The notes: a model not told the origin generated them from the letters alone. DNA of 64,000 nt from Balanoglossus misakiensis (GCA_040954595.2 CM082589.2:2349498-2413497), one strand, 5' to 3'. Shown: positions 1 through 29,645, counted from the first letter of the stretch. A program made the numbers and translations.

Positions 1-239
1 GTGTGATCAAAAACAGACGTATTTTTATAAGTCATCCCAAAATTGGACAATATATCAATGTGTCCAGCATATTGACGACTCAGAGTATCCTACCACCTTA
101 TACCGCCCTCAACAAAGATAATCGTTGAGTTCTATTTCTTTTGTTTTTACACCCAATGGGGGGAAAGTCTACCGAACGTGTTAAATTTCGAACACCCTTT
201 GTCTAGTTTACACTTAACTAACAAAATCATAATTATATT

Positions 240-560
240 TTAGGGAATTTGCTCGAAATCAGGGTATTTTATCAAATGCATTAATTACTATTAAAGTCAT
301 TTGCAACAATAACTTATCGGATAAAATAATTTTCGAAAAAATGTTGTTTCAGTCGTTGGTTTCTTGAGAAGTTAAAGATGTAACAATAATTCGAACATAT
401 TTCAACAAGTTTACATGTAATTGAGAAAGTCGTTATATATTGTAGGGTATCCGTTCGAAATCAGGGTATCTTTTATAAATGCTCTTTCAAATATTTGCAA
501 CACTACATATCGGATAAAGTGATTTTTTACTTGAAAGAAAGTTTATTTCACCCGTTGGTA
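240..560. repeat. Degenerate ~200-bp direct duplication in AT-rich DNA, probably part of a non-autonomous repeat
   Basis: The blocks tcgaaatcagggtat...ttgcaaca...tatcggataaa...cgttggt occur at ~253-360 and again at ~455-560. Confidence 0.55.
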
Positions 561-1381
561 CTGGTGGCACTCTATAGTAGCCAATAATGTCGATTTGAAT
601 TTTCCAGGAATGGGATTTTGAACTTTTATGGGTAAGAAATCTATTGTAACAACGTTCTGTATGTTTAAGAAACTTTATGTAAGCAAAGAATAAATAAGTA
701 CCTATCTTCTTAAACTAGTGTCATAGAATTTGTTTTTTCTCACAAAAATTTCACTTACAGAAAGGGGTTTACAGAAATCACTAAAATACTTGATTTTTTG
801 TTTGTTTGGATACACTAGAAGCTTTATTTACAAAGTTAAATAAAAGAACCAAACATAAAATTAAAATGAAAAAAATACAGGTATTGAGATTTAGGAACAA
901 TTTCTACCTATAGACTGGTCAACATGATGTGATTAATTTTGGCAATATATTTGCATAGCCACTATGCAGAAACACTTAAGGTTTATTAAAATCAGCCACG
1001 CTGATTTCTTTGTGAGTGAATAGATTATACCAATTTCTCCCATTTAAGACCATTTTATTTACACAGTGTACATACACAAGTTCCATGGAAATTTCTATCT
1101 CAAATATATAGCTTTTTACCAATACTTCTGAAAGCAAATTAAGTTTAAAGTCATCAGAGATCTGATTCTCCTTGTAGAGAACAAAAAATAACCTCTGAAT
1201 ACTTGCCAAACATTGAAATCCTGATTCAGTGCAGTCAATGCTCATTTCAAAAAAGTCTGAAATATACATTGTTTGAAGAACATCCAGTAGCATTTTCATG
1301 ATTTGTTCTCGATCATCCACCATCGAAAGACCATCATTTCAGCATTTCTTCCCCAAAAACTCCATAATCTTATCTGAAAAT

Positions 1382-2855
1382 TTACTCCAGCTGAACGGGT
1401 AGTGTTTTTGTTGGCGGAAAGAGTTCGTGTTTGATTCTGGAATTTGCGTATACTCCAGTCTCATCCTGCCATGTGTTGCGTCCGTATCTCCGATGATCAG
1501 CGGTGTCTGTGAACTGACTGTGGCATTTCCTGTAAGCATTGGAGTTATCCGGGAAATCAGCTGGTTTCTCCTGCAGAGGTACACAACAAAACCTGGCAGT
1601 CAGACACAAAGACAGACCCAAAGGCATGCATACAAAGATTGACTATAATACACAGATTCACAGACAGATTGCTAGGAAGAATGAGAGCATGCGAAGATGC
1701 ATTACCTCTGTTGGCGTGTATGGATACGGAGGTTTATAATCAACCCTGTGTGTTGTGTCTAGATGCCTTTTATCATGCTCTGGATAATGCCTAGGTAACA
1801 CTGCACTGTATCCGCTCTTTGGATTGCCTGTATCCCTGTTAGCAATGAAAAGAGATAGGGAAAAAGGGACTGTCAAGTCACTGGAGGGAATCCATGTATG
1901 ACTGGCTTTGGCAGAACCACAGCATGTAACCTATTACATGTACCATAATAGCAAGCAGGTGTGTAGGATCCTACACTACATTCGTTGTTCAACAATGACC
2001 TTTCTGCTCAGAAATAGGGTCAAGGGGTTAAAGGTCACAAGCTGGTGAATAAGGAACTCATTCAATGTTGGACAGTTATTGTCTTATTTTGACCTGATGA
2101 TACTGCTACAATATGCAGAATTATACCACCAGAAAGTATACCAATTTGATATTGACATACCGATCAATATCTGCATCGCCTACAGTTTCTAGGTTGACCA
2201 TTGCTTTTCGAGTTTCTTGTTCTTCAAAATCTTTCTTCAAGAAAACTTGCTCTGTGGAGTCTTGGTATGTAGTTTTTGGATAGGACTGTTAAAACAGGAC
2301 AAAGATATGCCAGAAACACAATTATACAATGCTAAAATACTCGATATAGTACTGCTTACATTTATGATGCCAATCGTTTTTTAATTAAATAAAAAAATTT
2401 AATATATATAATACACTTGCAACCACTCCCACTGTAGTCAAGTGTAAACTCTACACTGTAGAGGTCAAGATGACCATATTAGAAACAGTCGCAACAGAAT
2501 GAAAACCGATGCACTCACCCCATCTGTAACATCACCAATGCGATCATACGTTGCTCTGTGTAAATTTCTTTTGGGTAGTTCCTGGTTGATGTTATAGTCT
2601 TTGGGTTCAGATTCACGGGCTTGGTGCCTGATGGGTGTAAACAGTAATAAAATTGTTCAATCAGATTGCTTTTAGGGGATGTACAAGCATGTTAGGTTGA
2701 AAACAACTGTAGACTAGAAAATTGGAAACTCGACTAGACAGATAGACTCACCAGTTTGAGTTCAATGTTGGCCTGGCGTAGTTCATGTGATTCGATCGCA
2801 GATAAAGCGACCCCTTCCTCTCGACAAAATCTGGTAGTGCGTTGTAATAGGCCAT
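1382..2855 (-). CDS. CFAP95: Cilia- and flagella-associated protein 95 (C9orf135 homolog), 5 exons
   Basis: GT-AG exons at ~2855-2752, 2627-2518, 2285-2161, 1836-1706 and 1570-1382. They give MAYYNALPDFVERKGSLYLRSNH...GYSAVLPRH...DYKPPYPY...RKCHSQFTD...GRNTWQDETGVYAN, which matches motifs I recall from human C9orf135 (VERKGSLTLRSHH, RKCRSQFTD, NTWHDESGIYAN). Confidence 0.9.
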
Positions 2856-2949
2856 GATGGCTAACTAAGCTCCGTCCAAATATTGGTAAATGTCTCTGTT
2901 TCTGTGTGATTATGGACCGAGAACTCCACAGGCAAAGCCTATCCAGATT

Positions 2950-3640
2950 TGTTGTGGCAATGGAACCGAAGTACCTAACCCGGAAGTCAGACACTCCGCT
3001 CAAGTAAAAAGTAGTTCGCGAACTATTCTGAGTTTTGTGTCGCCTGAATTGGATTTACACGCAAAAATCCAGATCTGAATGGTATACAATAGACAACTAT
3101 ATGACAAAAACCAATTTGTGCGAAACCACAATAGCAAATTTTTGTTTTCTAGGGATCTTATGAGCCATGTATCCCTCCACGTGAAGTAACGTTTGTTGAC
3201 TTCTGTTGCGTAGTTACTGTGTCAGCCACAACCTTTAACCCCAAATTCTGATTGCTATCATACAGTCCAGAAACGAAATTTAAATACGCATATATTCTTT
3301 TGAACCTAAAAGGCGCAAGATTTACCAGTGCATGCTATTCTAATATCATAATTATAAAAATTAAGTGAGTTAAATTATTGCCAATTTTCCCATGATGCTT
3401 TGCAAATCATATGACTAAGAGACATGGCGGATCGTCATCATAGGTAAACGGCCTTTGAAAGCAATCACAAACGCATTATCTGCGTGGAACTGGTCAAGAA
3501 CGTTATTCGAAGTAACATAATATTGGTAAGTTATGTTTTTATCGGGGTATCAGTTTGGTTATTCATGTAACCCTGTGGAAACTACGGTATGTCACCGCCG
3601 CGCCAGTACTTAAGTTTCGTACAAAAACGCGGAAGTGATT
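2950..3640. promoter_or_regulatory. Probable divergent promoter region shared by CFAP95 and the syntaxin gene
   Basis: The genes are head to head. There is an X-box-like GTGGCAATGGAACC (2954-2967, 11/14 match to GTTGCCATGGAAAC), an ETS site CCGGAAGT (2980-2987), a YY1-like ACATGGCGG (~3422) and GCGGAAGTG (~3629). Confidence 0.45.
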
Positions 3641-4098
3641 TTCCCCATTATTTACATGCCCCTAGTTTTGTCGCCACACCCCCTTAACATCCCAAATGAT
3701 CTTACCCGTCATTTGCGCACAACAGTTTAAGATGATCATGTAATGCAGAACATGGTTTGAGTGGGGTGACCCTGTATAATAATCGCTTTACTGAACTTCT
3801 TCAAACATGCTAAACACCCTCAGTGATCGTACACCCCACCTCCTGTGGACCCGCATACACATTGCTTACAAAGGGATCACTTCGCACCAGCCAATTCAAG
3901 AAATAATGCAAAACTCGACACAACAGAAAGTTAAACTTTTCTCAGCTCTTTTTCAGATTCCTGGAAGATCTTCAGTTAAAGACTAGCAGAAAGCACAGTA
4001 AATTGCTACCACTCACTTGAAGTTGAACTTTTGTGGACAGAGAAACATTTACACCAAATTTATGCTAAGTAGATGCAATATATACAGAAGTCTGAAGG

Positions 4099-6074
4099 AT
4101 GAATAGGGGAGAGTTTGGATCGTACGGTGCAATAGATGATGGAGGCGGATTTGACAGAGGTGGTGGATTTAGCAATGCCAGCAGTGGCTTCGGTTTTCAA
4201 GGCTCAGGTAAGGGTGTAGTACATTTTGAAGTTTTGTGTTTGTACAAGTTGCCACAGGACAGATCTCACAAATCACTACAGAGATGTGATAATCATACTT
4301 CACTCACATTTCCTTGCAGGGAATACAGAACTCTCAGAAACTGCAGAGAGATGCACTGGCAACATTTTAAAAATAAACTCCAACTGTAAGTATATTCTGT
4401 AGTGTAACTGTAAGTGTTATTGTTGTGCATTACTTGATTTAGAGAGGAACATTACGTTTTTCATTTATTGCAGTGTGTTGCATGTAGTAAAAAATTTTAT
4501 CGATTCATTTATCGTAGCATCAGCACTTGAGAAGACAATACGACAAATTGGGACAAGCACAGACAGTCCTGCCCTTAGAACAAAAATGTAAGTGAGGCCA
4601 AAATCTTCAATGTCAGTGTTTCTGGGGGAATATAGTCGGGCTACGAAATCTGATGATTCATTGGTGGGCTTCTTTTAATTTAACTTTATTTGTTTTCATT
4701 TTCAGACACAACACTCAACAAGCCACCAATGTTATTGTCAGCAAGACAGCGAGACTACTGAAAGAACTTTCCAACATGGCTAGGGGGGCCTCACGAGTAA
4801 GACGTAACTTTTAATTTAGCTGTACACGTAGTACGTGGCATGGGGAAATTTCAGTTTTTGGCGGTACCAGTTTGGCCCATCTTTGTAGCTTGATAATTTC
4901 TTTTAATCTCTCCTGTGTAACATCATTTCACTTCACAGCAACAAAAACTTCAGGTAGACAGACTTAAAAGTGATTTTGAAGCCACAGTGAAGGGATACAG
5001 CACAGTGCAAAAGGTAAGACAGGGTTCTCTTTCATCACAACATCCACCTGACGTCTAGACGACATTTATTCCTGGTATAAACACCACCTGAGCGCTTATG
5101 CAAGAATGTTGAAATTTGACTACCAAATTAGCTATGGTCTGACATCTGTGAATGGTGGACCAGTAACTGTTGAATTATATATGTAAACACCTGGCAAATA
5201 GTCTGTGCTAACTTTTGTTTTCTAGAAAGTAGCTGATAAACTGAAGTCAAGTCCGGTGCCGGTTGTACAAGAGAGAAGGCCACCAGACGGCTACAGTCCA
5301 GTGAGTGGAGTTCATTTGAAAGGCTTTATTGAGAGATTTGTTCTTCCTGGTGAAAAAAAACGACCAACAAATGATACAACAGTACTTGAGAGTTAAACCA
5401 TTATCATATCAGTATCTACATTCCCATATTTGTCGACAGCATGACCCATACGAAAGTGACGATAGGACGCCGTTTATCGAAGAAGAGAATAGACGGCAAC
5501 AGGAACAGCTGGCTCAGCTGCAAGAGCAAGAACAAGTCATAGAGTTCGATCAAGCTCTGTTGGAAGAGAGGGAGGCACAGGTCAGGCAGATAGAGGTACG
5601 GTGATCACATACATCAGCGCATTAGTGATGAGTTGTGAGCCAAGTGATGCGTACTTTACACATTCTGTTTCCCACTACCACCTTCCCACAGGCAGATATT
5701 CTAGACGTGAACCAGATTTTCCGGGATTTGGCCTCCATGGTCTACGAACAGGGAGATATGGTGGACACCATAGAAGCCAATGTGGAGAAGGCAGTTGATA
5801 ATGTAGATGCTGGCAATGTTCAGCTGGCCACAGCAAGCAGATACCAGGTAGGCACTGTGGCTCCATTGAGGCTACTTATTCTGTGTAGAAGTGGAGATCA
5901 ATTTCCTCTGACCTTGTAAACACCTTTCAGACAACTCCTGAGCCTCATAATTTACTCTTGTCTTTCTCCCAATTTCAGAAAAAAGCACGCAAGAAGATGT
6001 GTATTCTCATATGCGTTCTGGTCGTTGTGTGTGCTGTTATTGCAGTGATCATCGTCTTGGTAACCAGGAAGTAG
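4099..6074 (+). CDS. STX12: Syntaxin-7/12 family Qa-SNARE, 9 coding exons
   Basis: Exons at ~4099-4207, 4320-4384, 4518-4587, 4706-4796, 4939-5012, 5226-5300, 5440-5595, 5692-5847 and 5979-6074. The SNARE motif reads [41 protein letters not shown] and the C-terminal TM segment KKMCILICVLVVVCAVIAVIIVLV. STX12 versus STX7 or TSNARE1 cannot be resolved without a tree. Confidence 0.9.
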
Positions 6075-6562
6075 TCAAGTCACTGGATATCAATCTCTAT
6101 CTCTTGACCAAAAACCAGAAACCCTCCAAAACGCACACTGGGACCAGAATTACTGATTGAAGTGACATAAATGAATTCAAGTATTTTGTTGCACCATGAA
6201 AAACCTCTGAAGATGTCTTGAAGGAGAGGACATAAATGATAAAGTGAACATCCCATTGAACAAGAAGCTAAAATTTGAAAGCCAATCAGGAGTAAATATG
6301 ATTGTAATCTTTTCCAGAATGTGCTTTCTTATTTTCTTAACCTTTGTTTTATATTCAAGGTATGTGTGAATTTTTTTTCTGCATATAAAAACTTGGAAGT
6401 CTGCCTTAAAGCAAGTGAAGAGATTGGCAACGTGGAATGGGGAATAAAGATTTTTCAATCTCTTTGTCATTTACCAAACCTTGTTTCTTGGTATGATATG
6501 ATGGGCATCACCTTCAATTCTGTAATGAACTACGATCATAATGTGCTAAACTTAACTTAAAA

Positions 6563-6620
6563 GTAAAAAAAAAATCAAAAGAACAGATGATGTAAAAAAA
6601 AATTCAAAAGAACAGATGAT
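6563..6620. repeat. Short tandem duplication (2 x ~29 bp) in the syntaxin 3' region
   Basis: gtaaaaaaaaa(a/at)tcaaaagaacagatgat occurs twice in tandem. Confidence 0.7.
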
Positions 6621-7331
6621 GAAAACCTTAGTTGAAATCCATGACAGTGCCATGTGTATATCTGTAGATTTTATCTTTGTGGAATGTGATAGCTGCCCCT
6701 ACCCTAACCAATGCAACAGCTCTGCCCTATGTGGACCAGTTTCGCTCACATTGGCTAAACACTTTGCCTGTTATACTTGGTACGCATGGTTGAATGGCCC
6801 CAAATTCGTAGAACAAGGCTTTGACCACCGAGTGGTACAATTTAATTCAACTGCCATACCCTAGATTGTAGTTACACAACATTTTGCCCTCTGTTGAAAT
6901 ACTAGTGTTACTTAGTAAACAGAAAAATCCATGAAACAATTAATCATAGCTCTGGGTTGTATAATAAAACTATGTAAATATTAGATTAAGAAAACAAATG
7001 GAATTTTTTAGCATGTCATATTGTTGAGAGGAGAAATGTCCAGTTTTCAGGAAAAATAAAACTCAATTGTTAAAACAGCAGTTTGTGTGGTTTGTTTACT
7101 TTTGTTTTTGTAGTTGTGACAGCTGTGCTGTGCATGCCGTGCTTCAAGAAAATGGTCCAATATTGGCTATAAAATATACAGTTGTTGCGTGGGACCTATA
7201 TGAGATGGGCGTAACTGTAGTCAGGCGGAGTAATACACGTGTTCAATAGTTGTAGTGCGACACTTGTCGCACTAATACATTGTTCTTGCCCAGTGCGCTG
7301 ACGCTGGACGTCGACAGAATCACATTGACCG

Positions 7332-8017
7332 ATGGATGGGTCGGAATTGAGCCAAATTTTGACGGCTTTGGATGGAATTCGAGAGCGACTAAATGACCTC
7401 GAGGAAGACAATGATCAGGTGCGTCAACAAATTGACAGGATAGAAGAAAAATTCAGTTCCAAGATCAAACTCGTCGACACCAAAGTTTCAGCTCACTTGG
7501 TGGTGATACCCGCCGACCATGTTGCATCAAGTTACCGACGTGCATCCAGCTGTGTGACCTCGGTCAGCCGGATCAGACAAGACAGCTGCCTTCAGCTCAG
7601 AGAGAAACTCCGCAAGAGAATATCAGCCCCGTAGCTACAAACTACGCCTCAGACTCTGGAGATGTGCAGGGAGATTTTTACACCCCGAAAGACTTGCTAA
7701 CGAAAATCCGTCTACCCTCAGAATTGAAGTTAGCGGAGTAAACAGTAAACGTGATATCTAGCGTGATGATAAACCAACTTACAACATTGTGAGTAAATCG
7801 GCAAGATTTGGAGACACCATTCAGACTTCTGAGTACAGTTACAACTCAGACTATTGGAGAGGAGGGTCTGCAAGATTTATTTACGATCCAGCTAGCCCAT
7901 CTTAAATACTTGCAAGACGAATACGCAGCTTCAGTGCTGCAGAGACAGTACACTAGACGAGCTTATGCATGGATTCAGACTGATTTAATTCTGGAGACAA
8001 CAAGCGGTTTGAAATAA
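7332..8017 (+). mobile_element. Decayed intronless ORF, probably a gag-like ORF1 remnant of a DIRS/tyrosine-recombinase retrotransposon
   Basis: A coiled-coil N-terminus (ILTALDGIRERLNDLEED) is followed by broken frames reading DVQGDF...KIRLPSELKL, NIVSKSARF/ETPFRLLST and DLFTIQLAHLKYLQDEYAA, with stops and frameshifts. The family assignment is from recalled similarity only. Confidence 0.5.
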
Positions 8018-8419
8018 CAGTGTTGTTTCAGTAGACGAACAAGAGTATCCTATCTACGCGATTCCCGTGTTCCAACACCAAACTTAACTAAATAGTAATC
8101 AGATTGTCTTCTGTCTGTGGTCTTGCACGGTGCAGAGTTCAACGGCAAAGTCCTTCTTAACAAGTCATACCTGTGAAGGATGAAATACAAGAAGGACACA
8201 ATTACCACATTATCAATTCGTGTTGGTAATCCGAGATGAATGCCAGGACTTTTATGTCATCATTGAATTTTTTCCTAAGTCATCATAACACAGGCACGCA
8301 CAAGCGTGTACACACATCGAAAAACACCTTTGCCAGCCAATTTTCTGTGAGACAGTCTGACTCCATAAAACTGTGTTTGACAGCTGGAATTGCAGACCGA
8401 CCCAACGATGGCAGGTCAA

Positions 8420-10543
8420 TCAGAGGATAGCCACACCACACCACTGCCTTAACCACACCAAAACAAAACAAACCAAAGACTCACAGTCCCAAGTGATATC
8501 CAAGTATTTGTCGATATATGGGCACGGGTCTCCAAACACCGAGTCGCTGGCTGTGACTGTACAACTCTCCTGTCCTTCGCACATGCCCTGGATAATTTCA
8601 ACACTGTTGCTTGCCATGCAGTCGTTGACGAAGAACAGGCCGCACACCGCCCATTCTGTGCGCCCGTAGTTTGCAGACTTGATCGCAATGTGGCCCCCGG
8701 GACAGGACAGAGTGGTTTCTTGATTCTTACATGCACGGTTGAAGTTTTCGGTTGCAATCTCAGTCGAAAACCTGCAGGTGTAGTTGATGTCGACGTATTT
8801 GTCGATATATGGGCACGGGTCTCCAAACACCGAGTCGCTGGCCGTGACTGTACAACTCTCCTGTCCCTCGCACATGCCCTGTATGATTTCAGCACTGTTG
8901 CTGGCTATGCAGTCGCTGACGAAGAACAGGCCGCACACCGCCCACTCCGTGCGCCCGTAGTTTGCAGACTCAATGTGGACTCCGCCACCTGGGCAGGTCA
9001 ACGTTACCTGCTGGTTCTTGCACGCACGAGCAAATTTTCCTGCGTGTATAAAATGAAAAAAGTGGCATCGTCGACGAGACAGTTTGACTTCTTTTTTGCT
9101 TTTGCGTCAAAATAACAATGTGTTAGCCTAAAACTAATAATATAAAAACTCGATGGATTTGATATCACATAATTATAAACTCAGTTCTGATGAGAATGTC
9201 TTACCTTCACTTTCGCAGAATGTTTCTACTATAAAATACAATTCGAAAATTTTTTTTTAGCAAACAGTAAAAGTTTAGACGATATGTGCCAGTGTTGCTG
9301 CTATAGCACGCGTGAAAATTCGATACATAAACCGTAGGCAGTCACATTTAATATTTCGAACAGATATTAAATCGTTTTAAAATCGATGCCGTAAGGGAAA
9401 TTAAAAAAAAGACGATGTGGTCTTACCTGGAGGTTCGGTCGCCACATGCACAGGGGGTTCAGTCGCCTCTGGGGCTACAACTGCCAAAATACTAAAATGT
9501 TATCTCTAGTTTTTACAGATCAGTTAACAGAAATGACGCGACTACAAATCTGATATAAGAATGAAAGGTTGCATTCCACATGATTCTAAGATAATTGGAC
9601 AGAAGAGCCAACAAAAATTGACGTTGAGAAAAATACACGATTGAAACATGTCTGTCTAAATGTATTTTTCCAAAACATAGAAACGAGAGGAGGTGGTAGT
9701 AAATACAGGGCTTACCAAAGTTGCCATAAGCGTAAAAGGACGTAACGCAACCGTCCAGCAACTGAGGTCCCCAGTCTCCCGATTCGCTGAGGGCATGCAG
9801 AGTAGTGCCGTCTTCGCTGACACCGAGAATTATGCCGTTTGGTTGTACCCCGATGTCCTTCACACTCAATCCGGCGCTTCTCATAAAAGCCCAATCGCCG
9901 TCGACAGCGCTCCTTACTTTCAGGGAGCCCGAGGCGCTGACGCCGATGAGACTCCCGTCTGGAGTCGCTTCGATCCTCACTGCTCCTCTGCTTTTCGGAA
10001 TGACGCTCCACTCCGAGGAAACGTCAGGATCTGACGTGACCAGTTTACCATCCGTGTTGATGCCAACGATGGTCCCGTCCGGCATCTGGGTGATGTCTGT
10101 CACGCAGCAGCTGTTGGGGATTTTCTCAAACGAACTTTCGTCGTACAGATAAGGTTTTCGGTAGAGCGAGTTGTCAAGGCCGACGGCGAGAATTGAACCG
10201 TCGCGCAAGACTATGGCCGCAGATGCACAACACGAATTGGGGATGGCACCATCTGTTTCCGTCACCAATACTTTATCGACGCATTCTACTGCTAGCAGGT
10301 TAAAATCATAGGCTGGAAATAAAACCAGATACCCGAATTTCAGAGTCGTTTCGATGTCATGCTGCATGACACGGAGGTACATGGGCTGATAGAGACAAAC
10401 TTTGACAGATAGCAAGAGCCAGTGGCGTGAGAGGGTTTCAGAAATAGATTTTACCAACATATTGTGCAGTTTCGAAACTTACTTTGGGATCTTCCAAGAC
10501 CGATGAAAGTGTGAACAGCCAGTGCTATTATTGCGATCTTCAT
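8420..10543 (-). CDS. Secreted lectin-like protein: signal peptide + ~40-aa-repeat beta-propeller + Pro/Thr/Glu linker + 2 SUEL (galactose/rhamnose-binding) lectin domains
   Basis: Exon 1 is MKIAIIALAVHTFIGLGRSQ (10543-10483). The propeller exon is at ~10312-9716, linker exons at ~9481-9427 (EATEPPVHVATEPP) and ~9227-9205, and the last exon at ~9039-8420. The last exon holds two copies of C...I.I.SANYGRT...C...C...FGDPCPYIDKY, the SUEL signature. Confidence 0.85.
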
Positions 10544-12178
10544 TCTGTCTAAAATAACAGAGGAGAATTTTGCAAAGAAGTATGTATGGCAGCTTTCTAC
10601 ACAAACGTTTCACAAATTAGTTACCTAGCTGATAGATACCTGTAGTACAAGCACAAATTATACATGGATTTTTCCCATGCTCTCTATAGAATGATATACT
10701 ATTTACATCCGCTGGGAACTTTTTACAAAAGATATGAAAATAAGAAGCCTGCGAAAAAATACTGACCTGCAGTTGCCTGGATAAGTTTTCGAATGCTCTG
10801 GTAATGGAAATAGGCAATATTTAAACATTTTTGAGAGCTATTTGCGGTTTCTTCTTCTATTTTTATCATCAATTCTGCTGAATCACCACATTCATCACGT
10901 GTTCATCTACATAAACCCACCCATTAATAATGAATAAATTCTGAAAAAAGTTAGGGAGGTGTCCTGGAGCTTGGGAAAACTAGAGGAAATATGAAAAATG
11001 TGTGAATAAGGTAAAAAAGAAACCCAAATAATCAAAATTCATCCGACTTCCTTTGAATCCGATCAACATAATGAAAAAAACGTTTACTCTCGTGTTCTAA
11101 ACTTGTGCCAAACATTGTTTTTAACAACGTTTTATTCATATATTTTGGGGTTCCCATTCCCTCTAATGCGTGAACTATTGCTTTGTATGAATTTTTCTAT
11201 TTTAGAATGCTATATTTAAACCATTTAAACGGGTTGTTAATATATGAGGTGCAATGGTGCATCCGGACTAATAGAGTAGTACATGTATAATAATCTATTC
11301 ATAGTTCCTTTGCCATTATTCGGTTGCTTTCCCCTCTAATTGTTAGATCCGGATTTAGTGCAGCTGACCCTATCTCACCATCCATATCATCGGTGATGAT
11401 GGTTTGTTTTTTCTATTAGTAAAAAAGTTCCGTTAACAGGCTTGTGATTTATGATTCACTCAGCAGTTCTATATCCAGTACCAATATGAAACGCACACCT
11501 GTTAACGTGTATAACCCTTTGTAGACATTTAGCCTGTTGTTTCTCGGTCTACTCCCTGCAAGATGATATGCAAGTGCCAATCATGTTGCTGCCCACCAGC
11601 AAAGTCCACATGTGGGCATCGTCGAACAGCACACTTTTTTGTTAATCAGTCGATGAGACACGCATGTAAGCTATATTGTTTCAGATAGACTGTCAGGATG
11701 AGATAAGTTCTCTGGCATGAAAGGGGGAGCATGGAAATACACAACACGTTCAGACATATCCCTGTTAGGTTCCGGTAATTCTAATGCAACCTAATTAACT
11801 AATGGGTTCTTTTGGTGTTTAAATTTAACCTCTGTGCGTGATCGTAGAGGCAGTTGTGATTAAATTTAGCACTCCCAAAGTGTTTTTAGCTGTCATGTCT
11901 GTAGACGTTTTTGAGCTCAAAAAGCACGTGCGTTTTTACTCACAAGATAATGCGACATCTGACACTGTTCATTTTACTGTAATGCATTTTATTTGAACTA
12001 ACTACAATGCTTTTAAAACAAGCTCACAGCTTTGGTTAAACAGAGAAACTCAGATCAGAAATAGCAATCCTACTCATGCCATGTTTATGATAAAAAGCGA
12101 AATTCTGTACTTCAGTATACAGATGTACCAAGAACGGATAATTGTCTTCAGGATTTACACACATGAAATTCTTCTCTG

Positions 12179-28132
<15,954 letters not shown>

Positions 28133-28970
28133 GCAAAATGAGTTGCAAAAAGACCACTCGGAGACTGGTATATATAGACATGCTTTGGGGGAGGGGTGTC
28201 TTTTTCTGATGACTTGCGTGATCACTCCTTTTCTGTATAAAACTCAGCAGGTAGGCGTACTGGCTTTGAAACCAATCACGCCATAAGCGGAACATCTGAT
28301 TATAATCTTCGGAATTCATCACTTTTGTTTCCACGTCATCATCATAATGACTGGAAATCAGCATGCGTTTGATTGCATTCCAGTGCTGGTGGACTTCAAA
28401 ACGAATTTTACAGGATTATTAAAATAAAATGGTCCACTTTCGAAGCATGAAACTGTGTAATTTTACATCGTATGTTATTTTAATAACGGAATAAAACTAC
28501 AAATTTTCTCTCTCTGTGGGTATAGTCACGTTTTCGCCAAATCCTATGCATGGATAATGAATCCAATATCTATTATGTGTCAATTTACGCGAATGCTGGC
28601 AAATGGTCATTTTCTATTTGTCTTACGGACACGTTGAAAAATGGCGTGAATTTTGTATGAATCAAGCGTTTGGGGCCGCCTAGATGATGAAAAATTGACA
28701 TGAAATGGATTTGGTCGTTCGTACATGTGGAGATCGGATCAATATAAAAGATTTACTGGATGTTTGTGAGCATGTTTGTCTTTTTCTCCTCGGGTTAATG
28801 AACTTTTTTATTATTTTCGACCCTATTTGAAGCACTTGAAAAAAGTGTATCAGTAAACCCCATGTTGAGCGGTAATTTCAGGAAGCAGTATGATGGCCAA
28901 TCAGTCGTAAATGGGTTTTATCCTATGCTCTTTTTCAATAATACCCACACATACACCCACACACACGTGG

Positions 28971-29093
28971 ACATACATACATGCATGCATACATACATAC
29001 ATACATACATACATACATACATACATACATACATACATACATACATACATACATACATACATACATACATACATACATACATACATACATACA

Positions 29094-29125
<32 letters not shown>

Positions 29126-29131
29126 CATACA
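28971..29131. repeat. (TACA)n microsatellite
   Basis: Directly visible acatacat array. Confidence 0.98.
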
Positions 29132-29645
29132 TGTACATGTCACTAGCGATGTTGATTTCAGTCAGTGACAATTAGCGCATGTGTATAGAGTAACACGAGC
29201 AACAGCTGTTTGTGAGGAGGTTAACAATGGTTCATGCACGTCAGGGAAATCAAACAGATACTGTCTCGAGGAGCAGACATGGGTATTTTGAGAATGGCGT
29301 TTCGGCGAAACAAAAGACTTGGGTCGATGTAATTATCACTTTGTGAATGACCCAAGAAGGCTTCGCAAGTGACGTTTATTTAATTAGATCCCACTTTTCA
29401 TGCTTGATGTATGAAACTGATCGATATAATTATAATACATGTAAGTATTTCTTCAGGCGGCCGCTCTAGGCAGAGGCCGACGGTAACATAAATCAATAGG
29501 TAACGCGATCTCCATGATTATTTTGCTCGGACTGTGAAATGTGCCTATCAAATGAAACAGTTGAGCGGTCATAATTACAGGAAGTGTCATTTGTTGGACT
29601 GTATATCGAGGACCTTTTTGTTGAAAGCTTCATATTTGCCCAAGG

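Noticed and set aside
976-1323. 115-aa minus-strand ORF
   Set aside because: It lies just downstream of the CFAP95 stop in AT-rich, UTR-like sequence and has no recognisable motif.
28862-29175. ORFs with HTYI/MYVC repeats
   Set aside because: These are translations of the (TACA)n microsatellite.
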